A stretch of 46,041 nt of DNA from positions 1 through 46,041 of the forward strand of contig JACQJF010000039.1 in assembly GCA_016198165.1 (NCBI GenBank), read 5' to 3'. This document shows positions 26,815 to 36,065 of the stretch, in pieces. The stretch's first letter is position 1. Every line of letters begins with the position of its first letter. The notes under the pieces are model-generated. The model had not been told where the DNA came from. It saw only the letters and a program-made list of their open reading frames with translations, and did no database searches. This DNA is from Candidatus Iainarchaeum sp. (GTDB lineage: Archaea; Iainarchaeota; Iainarchaeia; Iainarchaeales; GW2011-AR10). The translations under genes were made by a program, and so were the position numbers.

Positions 26815-27141
26815 GTGAATGTGGTGTCAGTCGAAGATAACTCTATTGAAGAGATTAAAGAAACGGTTTCAGTGCGTGTAAAGAAAAAATTCTTTTACTC
26901 GTTTTTTGTTTTCCTTTTCCTCTTTGCCGTCTCAAGAAGCTGGGTGGAAAAAAAGTCAGGCCTTGCGTCAAAAGTGCCTTTTGTTTCAAGCATTTTTGCC
27001 GTGCTTGCCTCCCTGTTCTTCGTAGCCCTCGTCTTGGCCCTGGGTTTTGTTTCCTGGCTTTCAAGGCTTTTCAAGGCAGCAAAAAAAAGGGTTTTTGGGA
27101 AAACCAAGGGTTATTCAAAAATTGCCCAAAACACGGGTTAG
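26815..27141 (+). CDS. Small membrane protein
   Basis: Two hydrophobic segments, GGTG-like RBS. Confidence 0.5.
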   Translation: MNVVSVEDNSIEEIKETVSVRVKKKFFYSFFVFLFLFAVSRSWVEKKSGLASKVPFVSSIFAVLASLFFVALVLALGFVSWLSRLFKAAKKRVFGKTKGYSKIAQNTG

Positions 27142-27262
27142 CTTGGCTATGGCCATCTTTTATATTTTTTACCGTCCTATTTTCTCATAAGGTTTTTTTT
27201 TCAAAAGCTTTTCGGGGATGGTTTGCTTGGCAGGGGTTTTTTCGGATTTTTACAAAAACAAG

Positions 27263-27619
27263 ATGATGAAAAAACAGTTGGTTTTGGAGCTGGAGGAAAA
27301 CGACAGCGTGCTGGATTCCATAAAGCTTGCAATGAAGAACCACGGAGTCAAAGAATGCACGGTTGACTACATGGATGGCACAATAAGGTCGGGCAAAATG
27401 ACCGCAATGGTCGGCCAGAACTTCAAGACCCTTAACTTGAAGGATTCAAAAGTCATCCACGCAAGCGGGGGCTTCAAGCTCAGTTTTGACGAGTTGTTCG
27501 GCTCCATGCACATCATGGCCCGCGTTGGCCGCCCCGAAACCGGGACACTTGCAAACGGTACTGTCGCAGCAGGGACTGTCATAAAGCTCGGGTTCTACAC
27601 GGAACCGGAAAAGAAATGA
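27263..27619 (+). CDS. PPC/DUF296-like protein
   Basis: LVLELEENDSVLDSI...G.I...MHIMA...GTL..GTV pattern of the PPC domain. Start uncertain. Confidence 0.55.
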   Translation: MMKKQLVLELEENDSVLDSIKLAMKNHGVKECTVDYMDGTIRSGKMTAMVGQNFKTLNLKDSKVIHASGGFKLSFDELFGSMHIMARVGRPETGTLANGTVAAGTVIKLGFYTEPEKK

Positions 27620-27621
27620 GT

Positions 27622-28131
27622 TCACTCTGTTTCCGCCCAGATTTCCTCGAATTCCTCCAAGTACTTTTTCACTGTTTTTGTGTCCGAAAGAAAAACCAGG
27701 TTCTCGTCGTTTGACTCGTCCGCATTGCGCGAATAATTGAACGAGCCCGTGCCGATGACCGCTCCATCAACCACTATGAACTTGTTGTGCATGATTCCCC
27801 CGCTTTTTCGCACTGTTTTCACTTCCACGCCGTTTTTTGCAAGCCTTTCGTCTTCGGAATACTTGTTTTGTGCCTGGGTGAAATCCACAAGCACCCTTAC
27901 TTCCACCCCTTTTTTCCCAGCCCTTATGAGCGCGTCCGCGATTTCGTCATGCGTGAAAGAATAAACCGCTATGTCAATGGTTTGGGTTGCCGAATCGATT
28001 TTTTCAATCAGGTGGTCTGCGCAATTGTCCTCTGGGCAGAAAAAGACTTCCGGGGCAACCGTTGCTTCCTGTGTCGCGCAGGCGGAAAAATAGAGCCCCA
28101 AAAGCAGGATTACGGCGAGTTTTTTTTCCAT
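27622..28131 (-). CDS. Phospholipase D-family nuclease (Nuc-like), lipoprotein
   Basis: Single HKD motif MHNKFIVVD..GSFNYS..NDEN and a signal peptide with Cys. Confidence 0.9.
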   Translation of the reverse strand: MEKKLAVILLLGLYFSACATQEATVAPEVFFCPEDNCADHLIEKIDSATQTIDIAVYSFTHDEIADALIRAGKKGVEVRVLVDFTQAQNKYSEDERLAKNGVEVKTVRKSGGIMHNKFIVVDGAVIGTGSFNYSRNADESNDENLVFLSDTKTVKKYLEEFEEIWAETE

Positions 28132-28214
28132 TTCTCTTTCACTAAACTGTTTTTTTCGCTTTTTGTTCTATATTCGTGTTTGCACTAAACAACTGATAAT
28201 TTGGCTATTGTGTT

Positions 28215-28255
28215 GGTTATCGCCACATTTTGTCCATTTTTTTGTGGCGTCAACC
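28215..28255. promoter_or_regulatory. Imperfect inverted repeat GGTTATCGCCAC-N17-GTGGCGTCAACC downstream of Fic-1
   Basis: Arms resemble the upstream Fic-1 repeat, and the spacer has the same 17-nt length. Confidence 0.5.
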
Positions 28256-28290
28256 CAGTTTTTTCACACGGGGCAAATTTGAGTTTTTTT

Positions 28291-29238
28291 TCAATGTTTT
28301 TGTATTTGCCTGTAATTTTCTTTGATTTGTTCCACTAAAAACTTTGTGAAACCTTTATAGTTTTGGTTGTGCCCTTCTTCCTGGGCTTGGAAGTATTCAT
28401 CCCTTTTTTTTACGGGTATATTAGTGAACGGAAACCCGTTTTTTTGAAGTATATAATTCATCAGGAGTCGTGCCATTCTGCCGTTCCCGTCAGCGAAGGG
28501 GTGTATTGTTGTGAATGAACAGTGAAGTTTTGCCGCTAGTTCCACTGGATGAACCGATTGTTTCTGTTTGTTGTATTGTTCAATGAGCTTTTTCATTAAA
28601 GCGGGCACATGCTTGAAGTGGGGGAATTCAAATTTGCTTGTTCTTATTTCCACGTCAACAGGCCTCCATATTCCTTTGTACTTGTCATAATCGGGAACCT
28701 CGTTGAGCAGAATATAGTGGAGCTGAAGAATCATCACGTCGTCAATTTTCCTGTCGATTTTTAGGTATTGGTCATACCGTTCAAGGCATTTTTCCATATT
28801 CAGGACTTCCAGTCTTTCCCTTTCACTGCCTATTTTGATTTTTTTGTGGAGTATTTTTTTGGTTTCGTCAAGGGTCAGGGTTGAGCCTTCTATTGCGTTG
28901 GTATTTGTGATGAACTTGTCCCTTTCAGCTTCAAGCCACTTTTTTTTCTCGCTTGTACTGAGGCCTTGTATGAACTCTGTGGTTTCTTGTTTTATCCTTT
29001 CAAGTGATTTTGCTGTTTTAACGTCGATGAATTCAGTGCCCTGCTTGACCAATTCGGTCTGGTAGTACTCCTCAATTTGCTTTCGGATGTTTTTTTCATG
29101 GCCCCCAAGCGTTGTTTTTGTGGGTTTTTTGTGTCCAAGATATTCTGAGAATTTTTTGAATTCTTTTCCTATCCTGATGTTTTGCTCCAGGTAGTAATAA
29201 GTTTTGCCTTTTACTTTCCTGCTGACTAGATAGGCCAT
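28291..29238 (-). CDS. Fic-domain protein 1
   Basis: HPFADGNGRMAR catalytic motif, TNAIEG inhibitory motif, N-terminal KVKGKTYYYL module. Confidence 0.93.
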   Translation of the reverse strand: MAYLVSRKVKGKTYYYLEQNIRIGKEFKKFSEYLGHKKPTKTTLGGHEKNIRKQIEEYYQTELVKQGTEFIDVKTAKSLERIKQETTEFIQGLSTSEKKKWLEAERDKFITNTNAIEGSTLTLDETKKILHKKIKIGSERERLEVLNMEKCLERYDQYLKIDRKIDDVMILQLHYILLNEVPDYDKYKGIWRPVDVEIRTSKFEFPHFKHVPALMKKLIEQYNKQKQSVHPVELAAKLHCSFTTIHPFADGNGRMARLLMNYILQKNGFPFTNIPVKKRDEYFQAQEEGHNQNYKGFTKFLVEQIKENYRQIQKH

Positions 29239-29240
29239 AA

Positions 29241-29283
29241 AAGTTATAACCACAAAACAATTTATAAAAGGTGGTGATAACTT
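29241..29283. promoter_or_regulatory. Inverted repeat AAGTTATAACCAC-N17-GTGGTGATAACTT bracketing the Fic-1 TATA box
   Basis: 13-bp arms with 1 mismatch. The spacer contains TTTTATAAA (minus strand) about 25 bp from the ATG. Confidence 0.65.
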
Positions 29284-29413
29284 GTTCAGATTGGTCAGTC
29301 TACTGCGGTCAGGAAGTTGTAAAAGAAAAGCATCATTCCTGTGAACGCATACAAGTAAAGTGCGATAAAAATAATCCCCACAATTATGCTCGCTCCCAGC
29401 ACTATTTTGAAAA

Positions 29414-30094
29414 TTAACCCCATAAGTATCGCTCTAGTGTTTGCAGGCAAGTTTCTATTGCGGTTTTTTTGAACTCTTTTAAGTAACTGCTTAAATTATT
29501 GTTTTTGTCAATCAGTTGTTTTATCAGTGATTCCTCAACATGGCTTGGGGAGAAGCTTAAGGTGTCTATTCCAGGTTCTCTCATGTAAAGTGCGGTTCCT
29601 GCCCTGTAAAGTTGAATGTCACTTTGGCTGTATCCAAGTTGCCGTAAAACACTTGTGTCATTGGCTCTTGAAATATTTCCGGCGCATTGGAATTGGAAGA
29701 ACCAGTCTGCCTCTCCCTGGAAGTAGTCATCTACTGCCAAATACAAAGCAAGCTTATGAACGGTGTTATTTGGATTGACACCGTAATTTTCGTAAATGCT
29801 TTTGCTCATCGAGTTATTGTCATTTGCCCAAATGGTATCCACTACTAAGTGGGTTTCATATCCTGCCATGAAAGGCATTGAGGTGCTGCTTGCTTTCAGT
29901 GCTTCAAAAATCGATTTTTCCCCTAATGGTTTGTGGGTAATTTCTCTTGGGGTGTTGTTGATGTATCTTATGTCGGGTGCTATTGCGCCGAAAAAATAAT
30001 CGTCAATGTTCTCGTATTTTGAAATAAAGTTTCTCTTTGAAATCTTTTTCAGGACAAGGTTCGCAATCCATTCGTGAGTCAGCAATCCGGCCAA
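29414..30094 (-). CDS. Zinc-dependent phospholipase C-like hydrolase
   Basis: N-terminal TH, GAIAPDI, TH and GYETHLVVD motifs. Probable TTG start at 30094. Confidence 0.7.
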   Translation of the reverse strand: MAGLLTHEWIANLVLKKISKRNFISKYENIDDYFFGAIAPDIRYINNTPREITHKPLGEKSIFEALKASSTSMPFMAGYETHLVVDTIWANDNNSMSKSIYENYGVNPNNTVHKLALYLAVDDYFQGEADWFFQFQCAGNISRANDTSVLRQLGYSQSDIQLYRAGTALYMREPGIDTLSFSPSHVEESLIKQLIDKNNNLSSYLKEFKKTAIETCLQTLERYLWG

Positions 30095-30129
30095 ATGCAC
30101 TACCTCTCATACAAAAATGCTTTTCAGGA

Positions 30130-31134
30130 TTATAAATTCTTTTGGTGCGTTCCTGTGCCGGTGTTTGTCTTCTTTGTCATCTTTTCCAGAATTGCCTTTT
30201 TGTTTTCTGTGATTATTTTTCCTATTTCCTGTGCTCTTTTTTCGAGGCAGAGGCAAATGAATTTTGAAAATTTATTGTACTCCCTGTTTATTTGCACTCT
30301 TTCAAGCAGTGCTATGTAGCTTTCCCTGTTTTCAAGGTTTATTATTGCCTTGGGATAACCATTAAGCCTTAGCATAGTATTCAGTATTTCCCTGCCTGTT
30401 CTCCCGTTGCCGTCATTGAATGGGTGAATTTCCTCAAATCTTGCGTGGAATTCTGACGCCAGTTCCACGGGGTGTATTTTTGCCGTATTTTTTCCAAGCC
30501 ACTCAAAAAGTGTGCCCATCCCTTTTTTGATTTTGTCGGCTGATGGCGGTTTAACTTCGGACGCAGTTATGAACATGGGGCCTGCCCTGTATTCTCCAGG
30601 GGTTTTTTCATCAAATCCATTCATGATTGCTGAATGGATTTTTTTTATGCCCCGTTCGTTTACTTCCATGAGTTTCCCTGAAACATCTGCTGCAAGTTTC
30701 ATATTTTCCATTTCCCTGATTTCCTCGATTTTTTTTCCTGCAACAGCCACCCCTTTCTCCAAGACTAGCGCCGCTTCCTTCTGTGTCAGGGAATTTCCCT
30801 CGACTGATGCGCTTCCTTGGGCGTATCGTATGAACTCGTCTTCTTTGAATGCTTCAAAGCTCTGCGGAAAAAAAGCCTGCAAAAGCCCATAATCGACTTT
30901 TAACCTTTCAAGTGTCAATTGTTCACTAATTGACAGGATATTCGTTTTGAATTTTTTTTGCGAGATTTTCAGTCTTTCCAGCGTGGTTTTTTGGGTTAAT
31001 TCATCAAATGCACTTTCAATACCGCCTGAAACTCTTTCTTTTCTTCCCAGTGAAATGCTGATGCGTTTCCCGTTTACACGGTCTTCCAGGTAATAATAGC
31101 TTTTTCCGCTGATTTTTCGCTTTGAAATAAACAT
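30130..31134 (-). CDS. Fic-domain protein 2
   Basis: HPFNDGNGRTGR catalytic motif, SASVEG inhibitory motif, N-terminal KISGKSYYYL module. Confidence 0.93.
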   Translation of the reverse strand: MFISKRKISGKSYYYLEDRVNGKRISISLGRKERVSGGIESAFDELTQKTTLERLKISQKKFKTNILSISEQLTLERLKVDYGLLQAFFPQSFEAFKEDEFIRYAQGSASVEGNSLTQKEAALVLEKGVAVAGKKIEEIREMENMKLAADVSGKLMEVNERGIKKIHSAIMNGFDEKTPGEYRAGPMFITASEVKPPSADKIKKGMGTLFEWLGKNTAKIHPVELASEFHARFEEIHPFNDGNGRTGREILNTMLRLNGYPKAIINLENRESYIALLERVQINREYNKFSKFICLCLEKRAQEIGKIITENKKAILEKMTKKTNTGTGTHQKNL

Positions 31135-31142
31135 AAGAATAA

Positions 31143-31192
31143 TTAACACCAAAAACTATAAAAATAGTTATTTTGTACCAAGTTGGTGTTAA
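31143..31192. promoter_or_regulatory. Inverted repeat TTAACACCAA-N30-TTGGTGTTAA bracketing the Fic-2 TATA box
   Basis: Perfect 10-bp arms, with an inner AACTAT-AAAA-ATAGTT palindrome. Confidence 0.6.
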
Positions 31193-31466
31193 CTGAGGAT
31201 TGGTCAAAATTCCCAAAAATACCCTGAAATTGTTAAAAACGACCTTTTCTGTACAAAAACCTGTGCAGTTTATCGTTATTGTACCAAAATACCTTTATAA
31301 AAAGCCGGTGATAATTACTCTAGTCATTAGAAGTTTTTTTGAAAAAAAGGCGATAAGCGAAAAACCTCCTTTCATTCACCTCACAAAAAAAAGGGCTTTT
31401 TTTTCCTTTCCTGCCCTTTTTTTCTTTTTATTGGTATACCACTTATTTCAACAAAATGGTGTTTTT

Positions 31467-31772
31467 TTGACGTATTTCTGGGACTTTTTAAGGCCTTTAA
31501 GCGATATAGCCGTCCAGGCGGACCCCTTGGTCAAAATACTGGTATTTTTGCTTTCAGCGGCCTTTTTTGCCGTGGCCTTCATGGCTTACCGCAAAAACCC
31601 GTCCCAAAAGCTTATTTTTGTTTCTTTGGCCTTTTTGTTTTTTGCCCCCAAATGGCTTGTAAAGCTGATTGACCTTTTTTTCTCCCCCGGCACGTTTCTT
31701 GCGGACTCAAGCGAGAATGTTTTCGAGCTGATAATCCTGGGCTTCTTGTTTTTCGCTATCCTGAAAAAATAG
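31467..31772 (+). CDS. Small 3-TM membrane protein coupled to a wHTH regulator
   Basis: TTG start after GGTG and a poly-T run. Contains AYRK..KL.FVSLAFLFF and has a 1-bp gap to the wHTH gene. Confidence 0.7.
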   Translation: MTYFWDFLRPLSDIAVQADPLVKILVFLLSAAFFAVAFMAYRKNPSQKLIFVSLAFLFFAPKWLVKLIDLFFSPGTFLADSSENVFELIILGFLFFAILKK

Positions 31773-31773
31773 G

Positions 31774-32316
31774 GTGTTCAAAAAAATGGAAGAGGAACTC
31801 AGGGGAGTCTTGTCCCTGGAGTCTCGACAAAAAATCTATGACCTGGTCCAGTCCTCGCCCGGCCTGCATTTCCGCGAAATACAGCGCAGGACAGGCCTTG
31901 CAACAGGAAGCCTCCAGTACCACCTGGAGTACCTGGAAAAAAAGCACCTCATACGCCAGGTGAAGGAAAAAAAGTTTTCCCGTTTTTACCTTGTCCGAGA
32001 GCCGTTTCACGAGGAAAAGGAAATGGGGGCGTTGCGCCAGGAAAGTTCCAGAAAGATAATACTTTTTTTGCTCCGGAAAAAAAGGGGGGCTTCAAACAAG
32101 CAGATTTCAAAAGAAATCGGCCTGAGCCCGTCAACCACGTCCTGGCACCTGGATAATCTTTTTGAAAAAGGCCTGCTTGGGAAAAAAAGGCGCGGCAAAA
32201 AAATCATTTACTCGCTTGTCGACCCGCAAAAGGCCGGTGAAGTACTTGTTTCATATCAGAAGAGTTTCCTTGATGAAATGGTTGACAACTTTGTGAATGT
32301 CTGGGAACAAATCTGA
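31774..32316 (+). CDS. Double winged-HTH transcriptional regulator (COG3398-like)
   Basis: Two HTHs: PGLHFREIQRRTGLATGSLQYHL and ISKEIGLSPSTTSWHL. Confidence 0.88.
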   Translation: MFKKMEEELRGVLSLESRQKIYDLVQSSPGLHFREIQRRTGLATGSLQYHLEYLEKKHLIRQVKEKKFSRFYLVREPFHEEKEMGALRQESSRKIILFLLRKKRGASNKQISKEIGLSPSTTSWHLDNLFEKGLLGKKRRGKKIIYSLVDPQKAGEVLVSYQKSFLDEMVDNFVNVWEQI

Positions 32317-32331
32317 ACTAGGGTTTGCCCG

Positions 32332-32967
32332 ATGGAACCAAAGGAAAAAGCCGCCCTTGTTTTGCAGAAATTAAAAAAGCTTTATCCCCGCGTGAAAACC
32401 GCGCTCAATTATTCTTCGCCCTGGCAGTTGCTTGCCGCAACCATATTGTCGGCGCAGTGCACGGACAAGCGCGTGAACATCGTGACAAAAACATTGTTTG
32501 CAAAATCCCCCGGCATTGATGACTTTGCATCCTTATCGCAAATGGAGCTTGAAAAGGAAATACGCTCCACAGGTTTTTACCGCGCCAAGGCGAAAAACAT
32601 CCTGGCAACAGCCAAAAAAATAAAACAAGAATTTGGCGGAATGGTGCCGCGGACAATGGAGGAGCTTGTCACGCTGCATGGCGTTGGCCGAAAAACCGCA
32701 AACATCGTCCTCTCGGCTGGTTTTGGGAAAAACGAGGGCATGGCCGTTGACACGCACGTCAAGCGCCTGTCTTACCGGATTGGGTTGACCAGGCACACTG
32801 ACCCGGTCAAAATAGAAAAAGACCTGACCGCACTCATCCCGCGCAGGGACTGGGACAAATTCTCGCTCTTGCTAATCCAGCATGGGCGGGAAGTGTGCAC
32901 TGCGCGCAGGCCCAACTGTGCAGCCTGCGTGCTTAACAAAGTGTGTGACTCGGCTTTCAGAGTTTAG
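32332..32967 (+). CDS. nth: Endonuclease III
   Basis: LSAQCTD, HhH motif LHGVGRKTAN, VDTHV and the C-x6-C-x2-C-x5-C Fe-S motif. Confidence 0.96.
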   Translation: MEPKEKAALVLQKLKKLYPRVKTALNYSSPWQLLAATILSAQCTDKRVNIVTKTLFAKSPGIDDFASLSQMELEKEIRSTGFYRAKAKNILATAKKIKQEFGGMVPRTMEELVTLHGVGRKTANIVLSAGFGKNEGMAVDTHVKRLSYRIGLTRHTDPVKIEKDLTALIPRRDWDKFSLLLIQHGREVCTARRPNCAACVLNKVCDSAFRV

Positions 32968-33137
32968 ATAGTTAGGCATTTTCACCCTTTTTTGCACCTG
33001 TTGCCTGTCCACACAAACATCAAAAGATTATTTCACCTACTGAATAATTCAGTAACTGAATATGGCTTTAACTCCCTTATGGGGGGGCCATGTTGCGGTG
33101 CGCTCAACAAAGGCATGCGGCTTGGCGTTTTCAGGGT

Positions 33138-34508
33138 TTAGCCGCTCCAGGTAATCTTGCAGCAGACCGCGTAAACAACTCCTGACCCCAGGTTTTGCAA
33201 TTCTCCCGCCCATCTGTTATTCGGCATATCTGGGTAACTGTCGCGCAGAATGCCTGCGTCTGAGTTAACTCCCCCGCCTGTGACCTTGTATCCAGTTCCT
33301 AGAGTGTCACAGTCTGCATATCCCTGACTTCCATTGTTGATGCTTGTTTGTACTGATGAGCAACTCAGTCCTGCTGTTGAGCAACCCCACTCGCCAGTTG
33401 CTTGTTTTCTTAGTACCTGGTCGTTACTGCATACTTCTGAATTTGGCACTATGTCTCCGTCAAACTGTAAGCCCCCTGTTTTCACGAAGGAACTGGCATA
33501 GAGTTGCGTGCATGTACCATCTATCGTGCAGTTTTTCCAAATAGAACTTATAGGATATTTACGCATGCCAACCCCAGTGGCAAGAGCAACTTGGTCACTT
33601 TGGCTCGGCGTGCCGCCCTGAGTTAACTTGCTGACGTCCAAATACAAATTTACCGCGCCTTCATCATCGCCTCCCGTAAGACCACTTAAATCGGAAGTGT
33701 TAACGGCAGTAATATCGCCGCCCCCGCCGCCGCCAGGAATTGTGCATGTTGTGTTGGGGTTACTATCTATGCAAGTCACACCATCGCCCGTGAATCTTAG
33801 AATTGCACGCTTTGTGAGTTGTAGGCTCTCATCTTGGATTCGGTCGTAACCTACTCCATCCCCTGTGGCGTTTACCAGAAAATCAATTGTGTCAGTTGAA
33901 GAGTTTCCTGTTATTGTGAGACTGCCATCTACTGAAGTCAGGTTCAGCGTGTCGCTTGAAGAATCAGCCTGTGGGTCTGAACCGCTTGGCGTGTCGATTG
34001 TCACAAAGCTGTTCCCGCCCCCGCCGCCGACGTCATCGGGTTCGCAGGCATCAACTCGGCCTGTGTTTAAGTTTAGTACTCTTATGGATGAGCCTTCTGC
34101 ACAGGAGTAGACTCCTCCACCTCCGCCGCTGTTGTCGTTTGCGCAGATCCATGCGCCGCCAGTGAATTTGAGAATTTGGTCATCGCCACAGTTTGAAATA
34201 AGCGAAAGTGTCACGTCCCCCTCATCTTTACCTCCCTCAAGACCGCTTCCTCCAGGGGTTCTAACTGCCGTGATGTCTCCTAACCCGCCGCCCTCGCCAC
34301 CGAAAAAGCCTTCATCTATTGCTTTCTGGAGTGTCATTTTTTCCCCATCGCTGTCTGGCACTTTTACATCTAATTCGTCCGCAGAGTGCCCGAAACTTTC
34401 TGGGTCTCCAGTTAAACCAGTAAAATCCCTGTTATATGCTCCAGTGAAACTGATAAACGAAACCACTGCAAGAAAAAATGCTATTCCAATCAAAACGACT
34501 TTGTTCAT
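33138..34508 (-). CDS. Gly-rich adhesin/tail-fibre-like surface protein B
   Basis: Signal/TM segment, GDITAV and QILKF.G.AWICA.D modules, and a C-terminal C..GYKVTGGG..SYP..W..VYAVCC domain. Paralog of 34674-36065. Confidence 0.8.
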   Translation of the reverse strand: MNKVVLIGIAFFLAVVSFISFTGAYNRDFTGLTGDPESFGHSADELDVKVPDSDGEKMTLQKAIDEGFFGGEGGGLGDITAVRTPGGSGLEGGKDEGDVTLSLISNCGDDQILKFTGGAWICANDNSGGGGGVYSCAEGSSIRVLNLNTGRVDACEPDDVGGGGGNSFVTIDTPSGSDPQADSSSDTLNLTSVDGSLTITGNSSTDTIDFLVNATGDGVGYDRIQDESLQLTKRAILRFTGDGVTCIDSNPNTTCTIPGGGGGGDITAVNTSDLSGLTGGDDEGAVNLYLDVSKLTQGGTPSQSDQVALATGVGMRKYPISSIWKNCTIDGTCTQLYASSFVKTGGLQFDGDIVPNSEVCSNDQVLRKQATGEWGCSTAGLSCSSVQTSINNGSQGYADCDTLGTGYKVTGGGVNSDAGILRDSYPDMPNNRWAGELQNLGSGVVYAVCCKITWSG

Positions 34509-34625
34509 TCAAAACCACCCTTTTTTTTCTCCATTAACTTTTGTTCTTTTCTTTAATTTAAGCTTTTCTCGGGGTTCTGGGCCTATTATGAAGAGCACGC
34601 CAAGCGTGATAATTACGAAACAGGT
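34507..34625 (-). pseudogene. Orphan diverged copy of the 3' end of CDS 36062-37174
   Basis: Translates to FVIITLGVLFIIGPEPREKLKLKKRTKVNGEKKGWF*, compared with LIVLIAFGVLFIIGGNAKKKLKLEKKQKLVEEKKRSGFE*. Confidence 0.75.
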
Positions 34626-34673
34626 CAAGGTGACGCCTTGTCAACGGCCTGACTCGTCAAAAGAGCTATAATT

Positions 34674-36065
34674 CTATAGAATACAAATTACCGCGCACGA
34701 AGCGTTTTGAATGGTGATTGTCCAATTGGTTGGAGTGTCACCAGGCGTTCCATTAAGATCGCAAGCTGGCTTGGCAATTCCGCTTGCTTCATTTACTGTT
34801 TTTAAGAAACAGACCCGGGCATCAAAACCAAGATCAAATGTGTCAGAAAAGCCTGTGTGTGTTTTGGTATACGTGCCATAACTTAAATCCAATTTAACGG
34901 TGGTAACCGCGTAGTTTTCGATTTTTCCAGTAGTAATCGCGCCGTCACCAATATCATCCTTGGTAATCGTATTATTAAAGATTTTAATACTGGTAACCGC
35001 GCCAGAATCAATATTCCACGTGCTACCACTGTTTGAAACAGTAATATCTCCCTTATCGCCGTCGGTCACGCCGCCTGGCATGTCCACGCAGTCCCAGTCG
35101 TCATCTCCATCTTTTTGGAGTATTTGCTCATCAGTACACTCTGTTCCATCCGGTTTTATTTCCCCGTGAAACGTAAAATCTGATGGAATGACGTTATTTC
35201 CAACTTGAAAGTTTTCTGTGGTGTATATTAAGTCGCCATTTAAGTTTTCAAATTTTGTAGTATCAACCTTGGTACTGGCGAACAAGTTTGTGCAATTTCC
35301 AGGACTTGTGCAGTCCGGCCCCCCGTCATCCGTTTCACAGGTCACGGTTCCATCCTGGTTGATTACCCTTATCGAGTTGCCTGCAGCACAGTTTCCCGTT
35401 ACCCTTTGCTGTGTTGCAGTGGGGTTAAGGCTGAAAGTTATCTGGTCACTTGCAGAGTCTCCGGTAATTGTCAGACCGTTTGTTATTCCTGCGACAATCA
35501 GTTTCAGCGTGTCGCTTGAAGAATCAGCCACTGGGTCTGAACCGCTTGGCGTGTCGATTGTCACAAAGCTGTTTCCGCCCCCGCCGCCGCCAGTGTCATC
35601 TGGTTCGCAGTATTGTACTCGGCCGTCTTTAATGTGTCCGATTGAAGAGCCAGGTGCGCAGTAATACTCATTGTTTCCTCCTCCTCCTTGCTCGTCGTCG
35701 GCACAAATCCATGCGCTGCCATTGAATTTGAGAATTTGGTTAAGGTTACAACCAGAAATAAGGGAAATTTTGCCTGTGCCTGTTATTGGGTTTGGCTCAA
35801 GCCAAACTCCGCCCAAAGGGCCTTCTTCAATTTCAGTGACGGTTCCGCTCCCTTCGAAGTCACCTTCGTTAATCGCTTGCTGAAGCGTCTTGAGGGTGTT
35901 ATTTATAAAAATGTTTGTTTCGTCCCCAGAATGCCCCATTATTTCTTTTGTCTTAGTTGTATCTTGTAAGTTATCTGGAAAATCCGGGTTATACGCGTTT
36001 GTAAAGCTGACAAAAGAAACCGCTGCAATCAAAAAAACTATTCCAATCAAAACGACCTTGTTCAT
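34674..36065 (-). CDS. Gly-rich adhesin/tail-fibre-like surface protein A
   Basis: Same N-terminus as protein B (MNKVVLIGI). Has QQRVTGNC and DGDKGDITVS..W.ID.GAVT..KI fibre-like repeats, and a different C-terminal domain. Confidence 0.8.
   Translation of the reverse strand: MNKVVLIGIVFLIAAVSFVSFTNAYNPDFPDNLQDTTKTKEIMGHSGDETNIFINNTLKTLQQAINEGDFEGSGTVTEIEEGPLGGVWLEPNPITGTGKISLISGCNLNQILKFNGSAWICADDEQGGGGNNEYYCAPGSSIGHIKDGRVQYCEPDDTGGGGGGNSFVTIDTPSGSDPVADSSSDTLKLIVAGITNGLTITGDSASDQITFSLNPTATQQRVTGNCAAGNSIRVINQDGTVTCETDDGGPDCTSPGNCTNLFASTKVDTTKFENLNGDLIYTTENFQVGNNVIPSDFTFHGEIKPDGTECTDEQILQKDGDDDWDCVDMPGGVTDGDKGDITVSNSGSTWNIDSGAVTSIKIFNNTITKDDIGDGAITTGKIENYAVTTVKLDLSYGTYTKTHTGFSDTFDLGFDARVCFLKTVNEASGIAKPACDLNGTPGDTPTNWTITIQNASCAVICIL

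Noticed and set aside
31200..31466. N-terminal part of the 190-aa ORF
   Set aside because: This is AT-rich promoter/operator DNA. A plausible TTG start with an RBS-like sequence lies at 31467.
33038..33062. Overlapping palindromes TACTGAAT-A-ATTCAGTA / ATTCAGTAACTGAAT
   Set aside because: Short, AT-rich and single-copy between convergent genes. No function can be supported.
33138..36065. Prophage, suggested by tail-fibre-like repeats
   Set aside because: Both proteins have signal/TM N-termini, and no capsid, terminase, portal or integrase gene is in the window.
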